Part shown: piece by piece, positions 1 to 13,251 of the stretch
How the letters are laid out: the number at the start of each line of letters is the position of its first letter
Numbering within the stretch: position 1 is the first letter of the stretch
NCBI GenBank assembly: GCA_050084515.1
Contig: CM114271.1
Coordinates: 32,674,001 to 32,738,000, forward strand
Source: Blasia pusilla
Taxonomy: Eukaryota
Reading direction: 5' to 3'
DNA length: 64,000 nt
Made by a program: the position numbers and the translations under genes
The notes under the pieces: generated by a model
The model's input: only the letters and a program-made list of their open reading frames with translations
Databases searched by the model: none
What the model was told of the DNA's origin: nothing

Positions 1-1582
1 CCGGTGGACTCGTCTGCCTACGAGCCTCCCTTGTACCGTCCAGCCCGACTACCGCGATTTCGGCACTGTCTGCTAATTAGTCCCGAGCCTAGTCCTGGAG
101 GCTTGTGCCTACGAAACTAAGCATAGATTCCCCCCCACTCTACGCTATTGTACTCTACCCTAGCTACTCTACTCTACTCTTCCTGGCCGTGACTGCTGTC
201 CCCGTTTTGGCTCCTCCCAAATCTGGCGAACCTTCTTTTGGTAGGGTGCTGTCCACAGCTTTAATATCTTGGCTTTTCTCAGTCAGAACTGAATTGAATT
301 GAGGAAGGTCATTGAGTGTACACTTTTTACGGTGATGTGGTATCGTACTTCCAGATCTCCTCTCACGAGCCAAACCCCCGCGGTGTAGGCCCTCTGCTGT
401 TTCGTCGGGTTTTGTTGGTTCCAATCTCCGGCCCGAGATCAATCGGACCGGTTCAACTCCGCTTCACGTCAAAGGAATCACAAGCGTATCACGAACCCGG
501 CTGAGCCCTCGGCGAGAGCCGAGGTTTCGCTCAATGGGGATTTACGGTATGTCCAGTCTCCGTAGCCCGTACTCTTGTTTTCGGTAAGAAGATGAAATAA
601 AATGTTGAGTGGAACGCGGTGAAACGGCAGAGTATTTGAACTCATGCTCTTGCCGCGGAAGTTCAGAGGAAGTATGGGACATCAGAAAATAAGATGAGGA
701 ACTTAAGGAGGCAGAGCTCACGGTTTGGGAAAGTCTTTTTTATGCCCGTGATTTGATGCGAGGGGGTTTAGGCACTGAGCGATGTCCCGGCAACCAGGCA
801 TCTTTGTTGTTTGTCCTCACTCGAGGCGAGGCCAAAACGAAAAGAAGAACACGCATGTGAGGTTCGTAGCCTTATCATTAGTCCTACTCCTATCTTTATA
901 AACCTACAGCGGCCGGGCAAGGATACTGTTGAGGTTGGAATGGAAGCGGCCTCGAAATAGTTGCAAGCGTTCTCCAGGTGTGGGCTAAATGCAGGTGACA
1001 TCAAGATTGAAGACTTTCCTGGGACTTGCACCAAAGCATAGTGCCGCCTGCAGGAGCAGCAGCAGCTGCAGCACACGGTCTCGCTCCTCGCAGAGTAGTA
1101 ATGTAGGAACGCCGTAGGAGGAGGACGAGGAGGAGGAAGGGAAGAGTAAGGACAAGCGGACATAAATAAAGAAGGGCTCGAACGCGAAGGAATGTGTAGG
1201 TACAATATTCAGACTTCATGGCACCTCCTGCTCGAGTTAATCTAGGCTTGTGCGCCTTACGGAAGGAACGGATGTCGTGGAATACTGTTGAATCGGAAGC
1301 GCTCCATTCGGTGAGGCCGAGAAAGAAACGGATGGAGAGTCCTCCATTGATTCCCCTTTTTCTTCTCAGGCGTCTAAAGAGGGACACGACAGCGTTGTCA
1401 GGTGCGAGAGGCCTTCACGGAACGGGCCCAGCTTGGTCCGGCCCGCACTACCTACGAACGAATGAATGAACCAGGCGTAGCGCAGAGGAGTGGAGGGGCG
1501 GGTATGAACGAGTGCCGTTCCGTCCATCCCGTCCCGTCCCAACGATGTCCTGGCGTGGGCCGCGGCCAGGAGCTTCACTTAC

Positions 1583-3565
1583 AGGCTACAGCGCTATCAA
1601 CACAATCACTGGTTTTCTGTGCCACTCCTGCCCCCAAATCTTTGCTTGGTGTCCTTCCGCTGCCGCGCTCCTCCGAGTTCATCATCATGATCTTCCCGAC
1701 TACGTTGCATTGCGGCCCATATTTACAGTCAGCAGTACCACGGCATCCTTCACGGAAAGAAAAAGAGACGAGGCTACCCTTTAATTATAGTCCACCTTCT
1801 TTTCAAGAGCTTCTCCTGGACTCTCCACTCCGTCCGTCCTTAGTAGTTTCGGGTCTCGTGTCCAATTCCCAAATTGATAACTCCTAGAACGTGTAGCTGT
1901 TCGCCAGTATGTCATCATACGCCATCGCTAGTCCTATCGCTTTCGTTCGACCATGTTCCTCGCTCTCTCTCTCTCGTTCCTTCCTTCGTCCCGCTCTCAC
2001 TCTCCTGCGGCTTCGCTCGTTCGTCGGCCTCACAGACCCGTTCGGTACACTGATCTTGCGCGGAGAATGAGGCTAGCGACGGTAAGACTTCCAGCTATCT
2101 ATGTTACGCACGTTGAGCCCGGGAGCTGTCTCTTGACTCCCTCCGTCCGACGGGAAAGATTGGTGAACGGCGTCAAAGATGAGGGATGTGGAGGGGAGAC
2201 AGACATCGCCAGATCGAATGCCGGGTGGTAAACCCGGCGTCAGACCTTGAAACGGCAATATATCCCGAGTCCCGTTGAAGCCATAGGAAGACGATGAATG
2301 GGGACGGGTGGGTTCGTGCGGTCCACAGAGAGATAGAGGTGGGGGGGGAAGGAAGGCGTCGATTCTGCATGCGATTTTGGCGCTCCCTCTAATCCCACTC
2401 CCCTCAATCATCGCGCATTGAAGGACGACCCTCGTACGAACCGAAAAGTGTGGCCCCAAAGCACCTCCTCCTCTTGAACTGTCCTCGTCGTCCCCTACTA
2501 CTCGCGAGTCCCGACTCCCTGCCCGGCCCCACGAAGGTCCGTCATGGCCGTCACTTCCGCTGCACTTGTACTACGTCTCTCGTCTCGGCCCCCATATCCA
2601 ATCCCAGATCCTCCTTGCGCGCCTCATTTACTTTTACTGCACCTTATTCTCTGCCCCCTCTATGCGTAGCCCACTCCGAACCTACGTTTTCGGGACAGAG
2701 CGACGAGGCCGAACCTAGCCACCATGATTCCCGTAGAGTGCGGGCCCGGCGCCCTCATCGTACAGAGTACTGTACCTGTACTTCCTGATCCGGGTCGGTC
2801 TGGTCTCTTGAAATGGCATCGGGTGCCGGTGCAGCCTTTGTCAGAGGCCGAGCAGTGCATGGGGAGGCAGTGGCAGCAGCAGATCCAGTAAGAGCGGGCA
2901 GAAGAAAAATCTTTTCGAGGCAGCCTGGGTGGCCCGAATCTGAAAAAGTGGGCAGCGCCTGCCTGCCCGCCCTGCTTGGGCTCTTACTTTTAGTCGGAGC
3001 CATGCAAAATACGAGGAGCCCCCAAACTCCCACAGTATGATTATTATTGTAGGCGTTCAATGCTGCCATTGCAGTCAGAACGCTTTCCCACTCAGGGAGG
3101 GGCCGGCGTCCTGTCAAAAAAAGAAAGCGATGTAATCATCTCTCGGCCCGTGCGGCCGCGTACCTCATCTCATCTTCTCATCGCGGGCCAGGCCTACAGG
3201 CCCTCCAACGAACGACCAATTTATCTCTCTCTCTATCTTTCTGGGACCGCTCCCTAATCTACCTCTGATCGATCCGATCGCTAGTGGAATCCTGTCAGTC
3301 ACTTCTCATCTCCTCTCCTCCCCACCATCACTCTCCTTCCTTCTGTTGTTGTTTGTTGTACCCGACGTCCAGCTTACCAGAAAGTCACGAGCAGATTTAG
3401 GGACCGGCGAGTGCTCTTCTTCCAGAGAGGGTGGGGTTGAACGAGGTCGAGAAGAGAAACCCGAGGGAGGAGAGGAGAGAGGGGGAAGTGGGGGTGGATG
3501 AAGGGGAGAGAGGTGTAGGTGAAATATTCTTCCGGGCTACGACTACAATGGTCGTTGTGGGTCAT
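1583..3565 (-). other. Possible 5' end of an unidentified minus-strand spliced gene (UTR exons plus a possible first coding exon), continuing off the left edge
   Basis: On the minus strand: CT-rich leader ~3420-3510; donor CTG|GTAAGC at 3378/3377; acceptor TTTTTTGACAG| at 3110; donor CAG|GTACAG at 2776/2775; acceptor CTTTCCGTGAAG| at 1747; ORF MMMNSEERGSGRTPSKDLGAGVAQKTSDCVDSAVA (1688-1583) ending at donor |GTAAGT. No protein homology recognised. Confidence 0.25.
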
Positions 3566-5876
3566 CTACAATAATGCCTCGTAGTGCCGGCGTGTATGCA
3601 TATCTGACCCGCCTCCATGTCTGCCTGCCTGCCCGTCCGTCCGCCCGCATGGGGAACACGGATGTGCAGGCGGACTCAGAAGTGCCTTCTTCTTTTCTCT
3701 CCCATAGCTTCCTTTCTTTCGTCTCGGGGGAATTCCCGCTGGCTCGAGGTCAGGCGGTCAAACTTTGGGACGACCGACATCGCATTTTGACTGCTCCATC
3801 CATTCGTAACTACGACATACCCTTCGCTCGAGATCTCCTTTCCTTCATTTCGCTATTATCATCCACACACACGCAGGGCGTCAAACAAATGACGGCAGGG
3901 AGCTCTCTGCTGCTGCAGCACTTTTACATTCGAGTTCATCATCATCAACAGCTTCGTACCGCCTCCAGCACTTATGTCACCCCGAGGACTGCATGTATTA
4001 ATTGTGGAACAAACAAAGTGTATGGGTGTGTGTGTCACCCTTTTCATCGCACGCCCTCACCCAACTTCAAAAGCCAACCAAACGAACTCCATTCTCTCTT
4101 TTCTTCTTTCCCTACCCCTTCCCGGCCACCGCATGCTTGACTTTTAGGTCTGTAAATGTAACTTCGCAACGATTTCCCTCTTTGCTCCTTCCACACTCTC
4201 CTCCTCGTCTTGATGCCACGATGCCAACCTCCGCCCCATTCCACGAACAAAGTTGGATATTCCGTCCCCTGGTTTGTGGTGTGAGGGAGATCAGGGGAGA
4301 ATCCACTTATGGGTCCTTTCTTTGTTGCCCCCTCCCCACTAAAGTTTGGGGGGTTGCTTTGATATGTGAGCCTCGCTCACAAAATCACAAGAAGTGTATG
4401 CCAAAAGCCCCGACGTCGAAGCGTGAGCGACGATGCTTCCAATAGTGAAAGGAATCTTATCATATGCATATTCTACCGGCAAGTCCTGTCCGCATATGGA
4501 GGAGAGTTGGCAGTTCTTGCGACTCTAGTTATCACTTTTTTCGCAAAAATCGATGTACATGTCAAAGCCCTCCACCGCGAGCGGCAGTGTTGCGAGATCT
4601 TGCCGTGTGCAACAAGAAAATTTATGACTTCTTTCATCAAGAGAAGGCAATAATTTCTACGTGCTAGAGATTTGTTTTTATATACTTCCCGAAATGCTTC
4701 CCCATTTTTAGGAATCTAGCCTCTATGGTCATGAAAAGCTTCGCAAATCTCTCTCTCTCTCAACATCAATGTTTGGGTCCTTTTTGGGTGCTCTCACCTT
4801 TTGGACCAAGATCCGCGTGTGGAGAAGACAAGAGAAATAAAAGTGACTCCAGGAATTGCATCACAACCCGCAATTTTCAAAATACGGCCTTTCAACATTC
4901 TTTCTTGACACACTAAAACGTTTTGATCCTAGCACTATTTTTGTTCCCATCTATCATAGATCACCCACTACATCACTATAAGCTTAGGCCTAACTGGGTG
5001 GTAGAGACTGATAATATCTGGTACTTATCTAGGTCTAGGATAAAAGAACCAAACATGAATTATTAACCTTCAAACTCGTCGTAGAAGGTGTAAATTTTTT
5101 TTGCATTGTAGGGAGTAATATCGTGAAGTTGCAAGGCCGAGGAAAAGTGAGATATAGAATTTTCATCTCTAAGCTATGTGCATAGGGTACACGTTTATTT
5201 AGTTATTTATCTATTTTTATCGACTCGTAGATAAGAAGGATCGCCTACTAGTTTGTATTTCAAAACCTGACAAAGGTATATAAACTTGGAATCCAGATTT
5301 TCTTTAAAAAGTCCTATTTCTTTTGAAATATTTCCTTAAAATTTGGGTCGTCCAGGAAAAACAAAACGTGGGAAATAATTTGGTTTGATAAAAATAAAAC
5401 AAAATATCATGCCAAAAAAGGAGATTGAAAGAAACTCATCCGGAAAACCCAGGGAGTCACGAAATCAAGCACGGCCCATGCACACAATTCGTGGATTTAT
5501 ATTATTAGATTTTTTAAATGAAATAATCGTCTATGATATTATAAACGTGGTGAAAGGACGTGGGTATAACTCCTTGAAAACATGTTGAGATTAGCCCCTA
5601 CTTGGCCCACTTGAGAAAATTCCATACTTCCAAACACTTTCTAGTTTCAAGATATTCTTGAATATTTTCCATCTCCATGCCATTGGTAATGTGGTATCAC
5701 ACGAACTTAGGGAACGCTATATTTGCACTCTTTATGAATGTTGACCTTGGGCCCTATTTAGCCTATCCTTGGAGATTCCCTATTTCAAAGTTAGAAAAAG
5801 TTCCGATCGTTTTTCAATGTTTCATCAGATGTGCCTAAATTGTGAGCCTAGTGTCACAAACATCAAGACGTTGTAA

Positions 5877-5929
5877 GGGTTTTCCATGGTGATTTTTATG
5901 AACTCAATAAAAATCACCATGGAAAACCC
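5877..5929. repeat. Perfect 23-bp inverted repeat with a 7-nt loop
   Basis: GGGTTTTCCATGGTGATTTTTAT (5877-5899) and its exact reverse complement (5907-5929). Confidence 0.9.
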
Positions 5930-7149
5930 ATGAAAAAAACAAAAGAGGGTTACTCCAAGGGTCCAGTACCCAAAAGCCATAACCGGCCCTCAAAAGGAAG
6001 AAGGGGGCATTTTCCCTATCGACTAAACTCACCAACATCAGAGACAATATCAACAAATCCTAGAGAACTATGATTACTACTAAGTGGGCCTCTAGCGCCG
6101 GCTAGCAAGAACATGTAGTCAACTTCGTCTACAAATTTTCAATCGGGAGCAACTATAACCAATTCCATGTTTGTGATAAAAGTAAATGCTTTCACCTGCT
6201 TCATTGTTCAAGAAAAACATTCTCCCTCCTCCTTGTTGAAAAAAAATTCCCCACACCAATTTTCCATTCTATTAACTACTCTCTAAATAAATCCACCACT
6301 TCACCCTATGTCTAACCATTGCTAATTTTTTTGAAAAAATGACGATTAATTTGTCCTCCCATTCCTTCATAACCACTTATTACAAAAGATATTCAAGTGC
6401 AGTTGACTATTTTATGATTTGATTCCTTGTGCATCCTACTATAATAATATGCACTAGTGAATAATGGTGGCTCCTATGCACTGAAAATTCAAACAATCTA
6501 AAAAATCAAGGAAATATTGTAAAATAAAAATTTAATTTTAGTGGATAGAAACTGTATAGGTAAATTATATTTTATTGAAATTTCTTCATTGGAATAAAAT
6601 ATGCATACATCCAAAAAAATTATTTACATTCCAAACCTATTATTTAGGTTACATCATAGTTTTTGTTTTGTTTTCTTTATTGTCTTATAGTTAGAATTTA
6701 TGTGTATTTAAGTTAAAAAAACCTGCACATTCATGAGAATTTTTTAATGAAACTTGGTAGAATTTATATTTTTTAAATAAAACTTAGTAGAATTTATTTT
6801 TTAATAAAGAAAATTATGAATAATTATTTATTTGAGTAAAAATATTGAATTTTTTAATAAATAAATCAAATTGAAGGAATAATAATGTTACATTATGACT
6901 AGTTGACCTAACGTACATGCTCTCAAAATCACATGACTTGGATTTGAGGGTTTGATTTTTAGAAGGGAATTTTGGCATTCTCAACGATTAATTTCGGTCG
7001 CTCTTAAACTTTTAAAGATGAGTATTTTTAAAAATACAAGCGTATGAAGATGAAATTTCCATGTCTAAATGTGTGAGCATAGATCCAACATGGATGATAA
7101 AGTTATATTATATTTTAGAACTTAAATTTAATGGAATTCCCGGTTTTTT

Positions 7150-7800
7150 GAATCATCCCAATATTTGAAATTATACAAATATGATTGTGACAATTTTGCA
7201 TAATATTATCAAAGAATGGAAAGGTAATATTCCCCCCGTTCTATACTTGCAACCTAAAAATACTATGCAAGAGAATAAAAATAAATGTTTACTTGTATAT
7301 CTTAATATGTTGGTGGAGAAAGAGGTGTTTCGCAAAATGAAAGTTAGGTTTCTAATGGTTGGACATACTCATTATTAGATTGATCAAATGTTGAGTTGCT
7401 TCTCTCCACACCTTCGTCACAAGAACAACTAGTGCTTGAATTCTTTGGAGAAGATTGTCGAATGTTCATATTTCCCTAAACCTTTGATTACTTTTTTGAA
7501 AGAGACATATGATTTCAAGAATTCTTTTGTTGCATTGTCCAACTTCTCCAATCAAAGACTTACAAGATCTGACTTTCCAAAGGTGATTCCAAATCAAGAA
7601 AGTTGAAGACGATGCTACATCAATATGGAGGAAGCAATCAACTATAGTTTGGTCGTGGGGAGAAGGCCTTCCATTCTTGGATTTTGTTCGAATAGGAACT
7701 ATGTGGTTATCAATACGAATTCCTTTGAAAGATTTAAAGGAAGGGAAGATGGACATGATTTCTCCAAGTATTATAAGGAAATTTTATAGGAATATAGAGA
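7150..7800 (+). pseudogene. Degenerate DDE-type DNA transposase fragment (Sola-like/DUF7869-like motif pattern)
   Basis: Translation IPPVLYLQPKNTMQENKNKCLLVYLNMLVEKEVFRKMKVRFLMVGHTHY*IDQMLSCFS fits the QxDN..ENKN...FLxVGHTHEDIDQxFS signature of transposase-derived proteins; stops and frameshifts are present. Superfamily assignment is from memory of the motif only. Confidence 0.6.
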
Positions 7801-8089
7801 AGCAATTGAAGTTAGGAAGATTTACAATGAAGATCTTTAAAAAGAATGGTGGGCAAGTTTTTCTCAACATCTACAAGAGATCTTGTGTGATTATTTGCAA
7901 CTGGGATCTTGGTCCGAATCATGGGAATGACATTCATGTTCATCAAAGTAATCTGATCCATTCTATGAATAATCAAATTTGTGTAAAGGGTGGGTGGGTT
8001 CTTGACGAAGCCAAATATGCGACTAATCACCTTTTGTCCTACGATTGATCAAATTTAGCCTATGAGTGATTATGTTATATTCTACAATC

Positions 8090-8258
8090 TTTCGTGCGCA
8101 TACATATCACTACACAACATACATCGCTGGTCACATCTACACCACACAACACCGATCTTCCCCACACACGGGTTGATCCACACATGAACAAAAATCAACT
8201 CATACATATACAAGGAGATCACACAACCATTAACCATTAACATTATCATTACCCACAC
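8090..8258 (-). repeat. 3' LTR fragment (outer end only) of copy A
   Basis: TCGTGCGCATACATATCACTACACAACATACATCGCTG closely matches 47920 onward and 34104 onward; it is fused directly to integrase coding sequence at ~8259. Confidence 0.75.
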
Positions 8259-9261
8259 ATAACACCTCCGCCATGTCACGTCGAATTGCTGCAGGTAAAT
8301 CTCGCTCTCTCCCAAAGAGCAAAAAGTACGATGAAAATGACGCCAAGGATGCATGCCGACTAAAGCGATAACCCATAGCCAACCATGGCAACTGTAGGTC
8401 CCACTCCCTCAACTGTCCCCGCTGCAAGCCATACTTGCGCAATCCTCTCTTCACCATATGTACCACTCTCTCTGTCAACCCATCTGCCTCAAGATGATCT
8501 CTGGACGTGGTGCGGTGATCTATCAGCACCTGATCACACAAGGCCTGAAACTCTCCCCTAAACTTGGTACCCTGGTCAGTCAACACCTCCGCCGGTGCAC
8601 CAAAGTCACTAAGCACACGATCTAGAAACGCATAAGCTGTTCCCTTGCTGGCCTTGTCTGGTAGTGCCACCGACTCTATCCACTTGGAGAAATGCTCCAC
8701 CATGACCAACACGTACCTATGATGACGTCTCGTCAATGGCAAAGGTCCCGCAAAGTCTAAACTCCACTGATAACCTAAACTCATAATCGGCAAAGGATGT
8801 AACTGCGGAGTGGGAGCATTAAAGGATGCTCGCACTCTGTCACATACCATACATCTGGCCACAAACTGCTGTACCCCAGTATGCATGCCGCGCCACCAAT
8901 ACTGAACCTAGAGTAAGTTGTAAGTACGCTTTACTCCGAAATGTCCCAACTCCTCATGGGCATGTCGCACTACACCTGCTTTCTGGGAAGGATGAGGTAC
9001 CACTCGTATCCTACCATCTCCCCATACGCGCAAAATGTGAGTCCCCTCCCACCTGAACCTCTTGGCTCTCTGTAGGATCCGATCCCGCTCCCTAGCACTC
9101 ACTGTACTCGCAATGACGCCAGTCCGCAAGAACTCCACAACCTCCACGTCGTCATGGATATCAAGACCACCTGTCGCCTCCTCACTAACCTCCGGATCCA
9201 AAGACTCCTCATCCAACCCCACCACTGGAGTCATTACCTGTGGCTGACCTGCCATAGTCAA
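8259..9261 (-). pseudogene. Integrase of copy A (HHCC zinc finger plus DDE core), C-terminus deleted
   Basis: HAHEELGHFGVKRTYNLL...CMVCDR; WSLDFAGPLP; VLTDQGTKF; EADGLTERVVH (ORFs 8908-9261 and 8230-8886). Confidence 0.92.
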
Positions 9262-10860
9262 CCAACAAAGATAGGCAGATGCATGCAGCTGGGCACCATC
9301 TCCTCATCACTCTCTCCGTGCCATCGAGCTCCTCTGTCGTCTCTCCGACTCGGACATGGGTTACGACTCAACCCATCCACATCCTGGTTCAGCCAACCTG
9401 GCCTATGAACCACCTCAAACTCATACTCTTGTAGTAATAGAGCCCACCTGGCAAGCTTTCCCGTAAGCTTGTCGGACTCCATCAACCACCTCAAACTCAT
9501 ACTCTTGTAGTAATAGAGCCCACCTAGCAAGCTTTCCCGTAAGCTTGTCGGACTCCATCAACCACCTCAACGGCTAATGATCAGTGATAAGTGTGAAAGG
9601 GTTGCCAAATAAATAGCACCTGAAATGTGCCACGACCCACACTGCAGCCAAGCACTCTCCCTCGTAGGAGCTGTACTTTGCCTATGCAATGTTGTTTGAT
9701 CGGCTTCGCGTAAGCCACAACGAACTCCCTCTCCTCGTCATCCCTTCGAGTAAGCACTGCTCCTAGACCCAACTTGCTCCAATCCGTATGTAACTGGAAT
9801 GGGCGACCCCTAACCGGTCTCTGTAAAATGGGTGAGGACGTCAACCTGTCCTTGAGCTCTTGAAATGCTCGCTCTTGATCATCTCCCCACAACCAAACTT
9901 GATCAAGTCTCGTCAACAAGGTCAAAGACTTTGCGATCGCACTAAAACCCTTGACATACCATCGATAGAAGTTCGCCAGTCCAAGAAATGCTCGGACTCG
10001 ACTCACATCTGTAGGGCGTGGAATCTGCGCAATAGCCTCTACCTTCGTCTGCTGAATGCCTAACCCACTTGGGTATATGGTGTGTCCCAAGTACTCAATC
10101 TGCTCCTGAAAGAATCTGCACTTTCCTGGATGTAACTTCAGTCCATGTAATTGCAATCGCCGAAATACCTCCTCCAAGTGTCGCTCATGCTCCTCAACCG
10201 TGGAACTGAAGATAAGAATATCATCTACGTAACATCATACAAAATCCAAGCCAGCCAGAATCCTATCCATCACTCTCTAAAACTCTGCAGGTGCGTTCTT
10301 CAACCCAAATGGTAAGAACCGCCACTGATACAAGCAATATCTCCCGAACCGATCTATCCCCTGAATCGTTTGTCTTCTCCCTATCCTCCAACCTGATAGG
10401 AAGCAGATGATAGCCAGCACGGAGATCTAAAGTACTGAAGATCTTTGCATGCCCTACCGCATCAAAGATCTCCTCAGGAGTTGGCATGGCGTACCGATCT
10501 GACCTCACCTGTTGGTTGATAGGACGGTAATCTCCACACATCCGCCTATCCGTCCAATTGCCATACATATCCTTCTTCGCCGGCATGACTGTGGCACATG
10601 CATATTCCCCATGTGATAACTCCACGAGTCCTGCCTCCAACAAGTCGTGACTTCTGCTCTGAATCAAGGCTCGCTCCATATCAGAATACCTGTAGGGTCA
10701 ACGAAAGATCTGCGTATCACTAGCCAACTCAATCCGTATCTCGGGACCCTTCAGCGTACCCAAGTCTCTCATACTGAAGGAAAAAAAATTGACATGCCCT
10801 CTCAGAAACCTATGAACTCGCCGTCGCTCTCCTCCTATCAACTTGAGACCTATCACAGGC
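9258..10860 (-). pseudogene. Reverse transcriptase and RNase H of copy A, with frameshifts and stops
   Basis: RRMCGDYRPIN, FSTLDLRAGYH, LPFGLKNAPAEF, YVDD (10220-10231), KLHPGKC...IEYLGH, LHTDWSKLGLGAVL, KLARWALLLQEYEF. Confidence 0.93.
9408..9570. repeat. 76-bp tandem duplication inside RNase H of copy A
   Basis: The unit starts at 9408 and 9484; the 11-bp AACCACCTCAA recurs at 9408, 9484 and 9560; one mismatch between copies. Confidence 0.9.
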
Positions 10861-11189
10861 TCCCAAGTCTCCATCATGACCTTGCTCGGAGAGGACGCAA
10901 CCTCCGGCTTTGGTTGCTATGTAGCAACCCTAGCCACCTCCGCAACAACCACTCCACTTTGACCTCCTACACCATGCTCCACATCCAAAAAATGAACATG
11001 TGCTACTCTAGCCGCCTTTGCACTCTCTGCTGGAACGACGTCCCAGGAAGTCCATGGGTGCCTATCTCTCCTCGTCTCGCCCCGACCAATGCTGTCACAG
11101 ACCACTGAGGCAATGGTCCAACTCGTGGACGTGACGGCATGGATGACACTCGCATCCGTCTCTGCTCAGCCATACCTAGGCTGACTATC

Positions 11190-12150
11190 CATGTGAGACA
11201 GTTGAGGTCCATTGCCTGCCCCAACACCTGTCTCCGGGATGCCTCAGTTATCCTTGACATCGCCGTAGTACCGGTAGTGAACCCCATGGTGTGCTTGCGA
11301 TCATTTGCTGTAGGCTCCTCCAATGCTCCGGTCACCTTATCCAAAATCATGCCTGGCCTTCCCTAACGAAAGGCATGGGATGCTGGGAAGCTCACCAACG
11401 TAGGTAAGGCTGCCCTCAACTCCCCCATCCAATTGGCCATGGCCAACGGTGGTCTATCATCGCGTGTCATCACCTGAGATCAACGCCCTGAGCCCAAAAT
11501 AGCATCCACTGTGAGATGTGGTGCTCTCTGGACTCCATCGTATGCTCGACTCAATACCTCTAATGGTATCAGGTTCGTCCACAACAGTCGTGGACGATGG
11601 GCACGTGATCCAACTCTCGCCGCATCTAATAACACAGCAGGTCCCAACCAGGACCTCACCTGATACACACTCTTCATTACACGTGCACGAGTGTCTCCCA
11701 ACAACGGCACGTTCTCCAAGATGTACGTTGGAGAACATGTTTGACTCTCCTGCAAGTGTCGTACTACTCGTAGCATCTCCTAAAACATCCCTGACCTCGG
11801 ATGGTGCAATCCAAATCCTCAGCCAGCTGATGAATGACCTTGACATGGCCATCCAACAATCACCAAATGAATGGTGCCAACTCTATCCAGATCGTGCGCC
11901 CCCACCAAAGAGATGTCGGCGGGTAGTGTATGATGATATCCTCGTAGTGCAGATACCGGAGACAAATCAGGATACCTCTAGACCAATCTCGCCACGTGAC
12001 GTAATGATACTCTCCGCGCGGTCTCATCTCTCTCCACATAAGGGTATTGATGCACCCGTATGCCCGCCTGCAATACTGCAGCCAATCCGGTGCTAGTCCC
12101 TCCGAAGAGATCTAACACCCTAACACTCTCCTCTGGGCACTGCCACACAA
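11190..12150 (-). pseudogene. C5-cytosine DNA methyltransferase domain (DNMT3-like) within pol of copy A
   Basis: Motif I VRVLDLFGG (LDLFGG 12098-12115), II YPYVERD, IV VGWPCQG (GWPCQG 11837-11854), VI YILENV (ENV 11708-11716), VIII LDAARVGSRAHRPRLLWTN, IX EPTANDRKHTMGF, X RRQVLGQAMDLN (11204-11236), all in canonical order. Confidence 0.9.
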
Positions 12151-12499
12151 CGGGTGTGGTATCCAGTGGGGTCAACGTCTCCACTCCAAGAGCCCGATCG
12201 CCACGTGACTCTCACTGCTCCGGAATAAAAGCATGACTCCACGCTTGCCTCACGAGGTCGTCGACACTCCTCTGTAGCTCTCGAGTCATATGCCACAATG
12301 GTGAAGAGGTCTCACCAACATGGGAAGAGACACCCGCCATGGCCTGTCTCTTCGTGTGACTATGCACTATTGGGACATCCTCCGCATGTGCGTTCCCCTT
12401 TAACAACTCTCCTAGCCAGCTAACACTACCTGTGAAAGCCGCCAACATGGTCACAGACTCGCCTCGTGATCGACCACCTTGTCTCGCAAACTGCACGGG

Positions 12500-13117
12500 T
12501 AACTAACTCATCCGGCCGTCACCTGACCGCCCCCCTGGCCGATAAGAAACGGTCTCCTCCCAGAAGTCAAGGATGAATCCTAGGGGATATAACAGTGTAC
12601 TCCCCACCAACACATCCTACGACTCAGTTGGTGTCGTAATCGCACGTGTGCGCACCATAGCACTATCCATCTCATGCTCTGGCTGGAATCTGACAACTAT
12701 CTCCTGTCGAGTCATATACTGCGTGGGTGACACGCCCCCAATCGAGGTATGTATCTGTAAGGGAAAAGGCTTAATGTCGGCCTTCCGTAACCCCAACGCT
12801 AAACACGCCGCCTTCCCTAACATCAAGGGTTGCGCTCCCGAATCCACTAGGACACGCTGCGGGTGGTATACTGTCCCCGTCGGACTAACCAAGCAAAATA
12901 CTCCAGCTCGGTTATCCAGTAACACTACTCTAGGTGTCACCACTGCTTGCTCTATGGCCAGTCGAGCTGGCATATCTACCAACTTCGCCGCCGCTGCATG
13001 CCATGACTCTATGGGGAACGTCCCGAGCACCGGCATTGAGGGCAAGTCCACCACCTCCTCAACTACCTCTGAACAAGAAACACTCAACTCTCCACGCTCA
13101 CACAACGTGGCGGCCAA
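12500..13117 (-). pseudogene. Aspartic protease of copy A
   Basis: RVLVDSGAQPLMLG (retropepsin D-S-G) and a downstream YDVLVG motif. Confidence 0.85.
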
Positions 13118-13251
13118 TCAGAACACCTCAGCTGGTCCAACCCCCAACGTCGCCATCTCTATGGCGGAAAATAGCAGAGTCTGACTCACTCTGGTGGCCA
13201 CCTCCAACACTATGGTCGACTCTGACTCCACTTGAGCCGGGATAGGAGTTT

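Noticed and set aside
8085-8089. Target-site duplication for copy A
   Set aside because: CAATC (left) and TCATC (right, 17507-17511) match at only 3 of 5 positions, which is not convincing.
11190-12150. MTase as a host DRM/CMT/MET1 gene, or as bacterial restriction-modification contamination
   Set aside because: It is intronless, collinear with pol on the same strand in three copies, in canonical motif order, and lacks BAH, chromo and UBA domains; its flanks are retrotransposon sequence, not bacterial genes.
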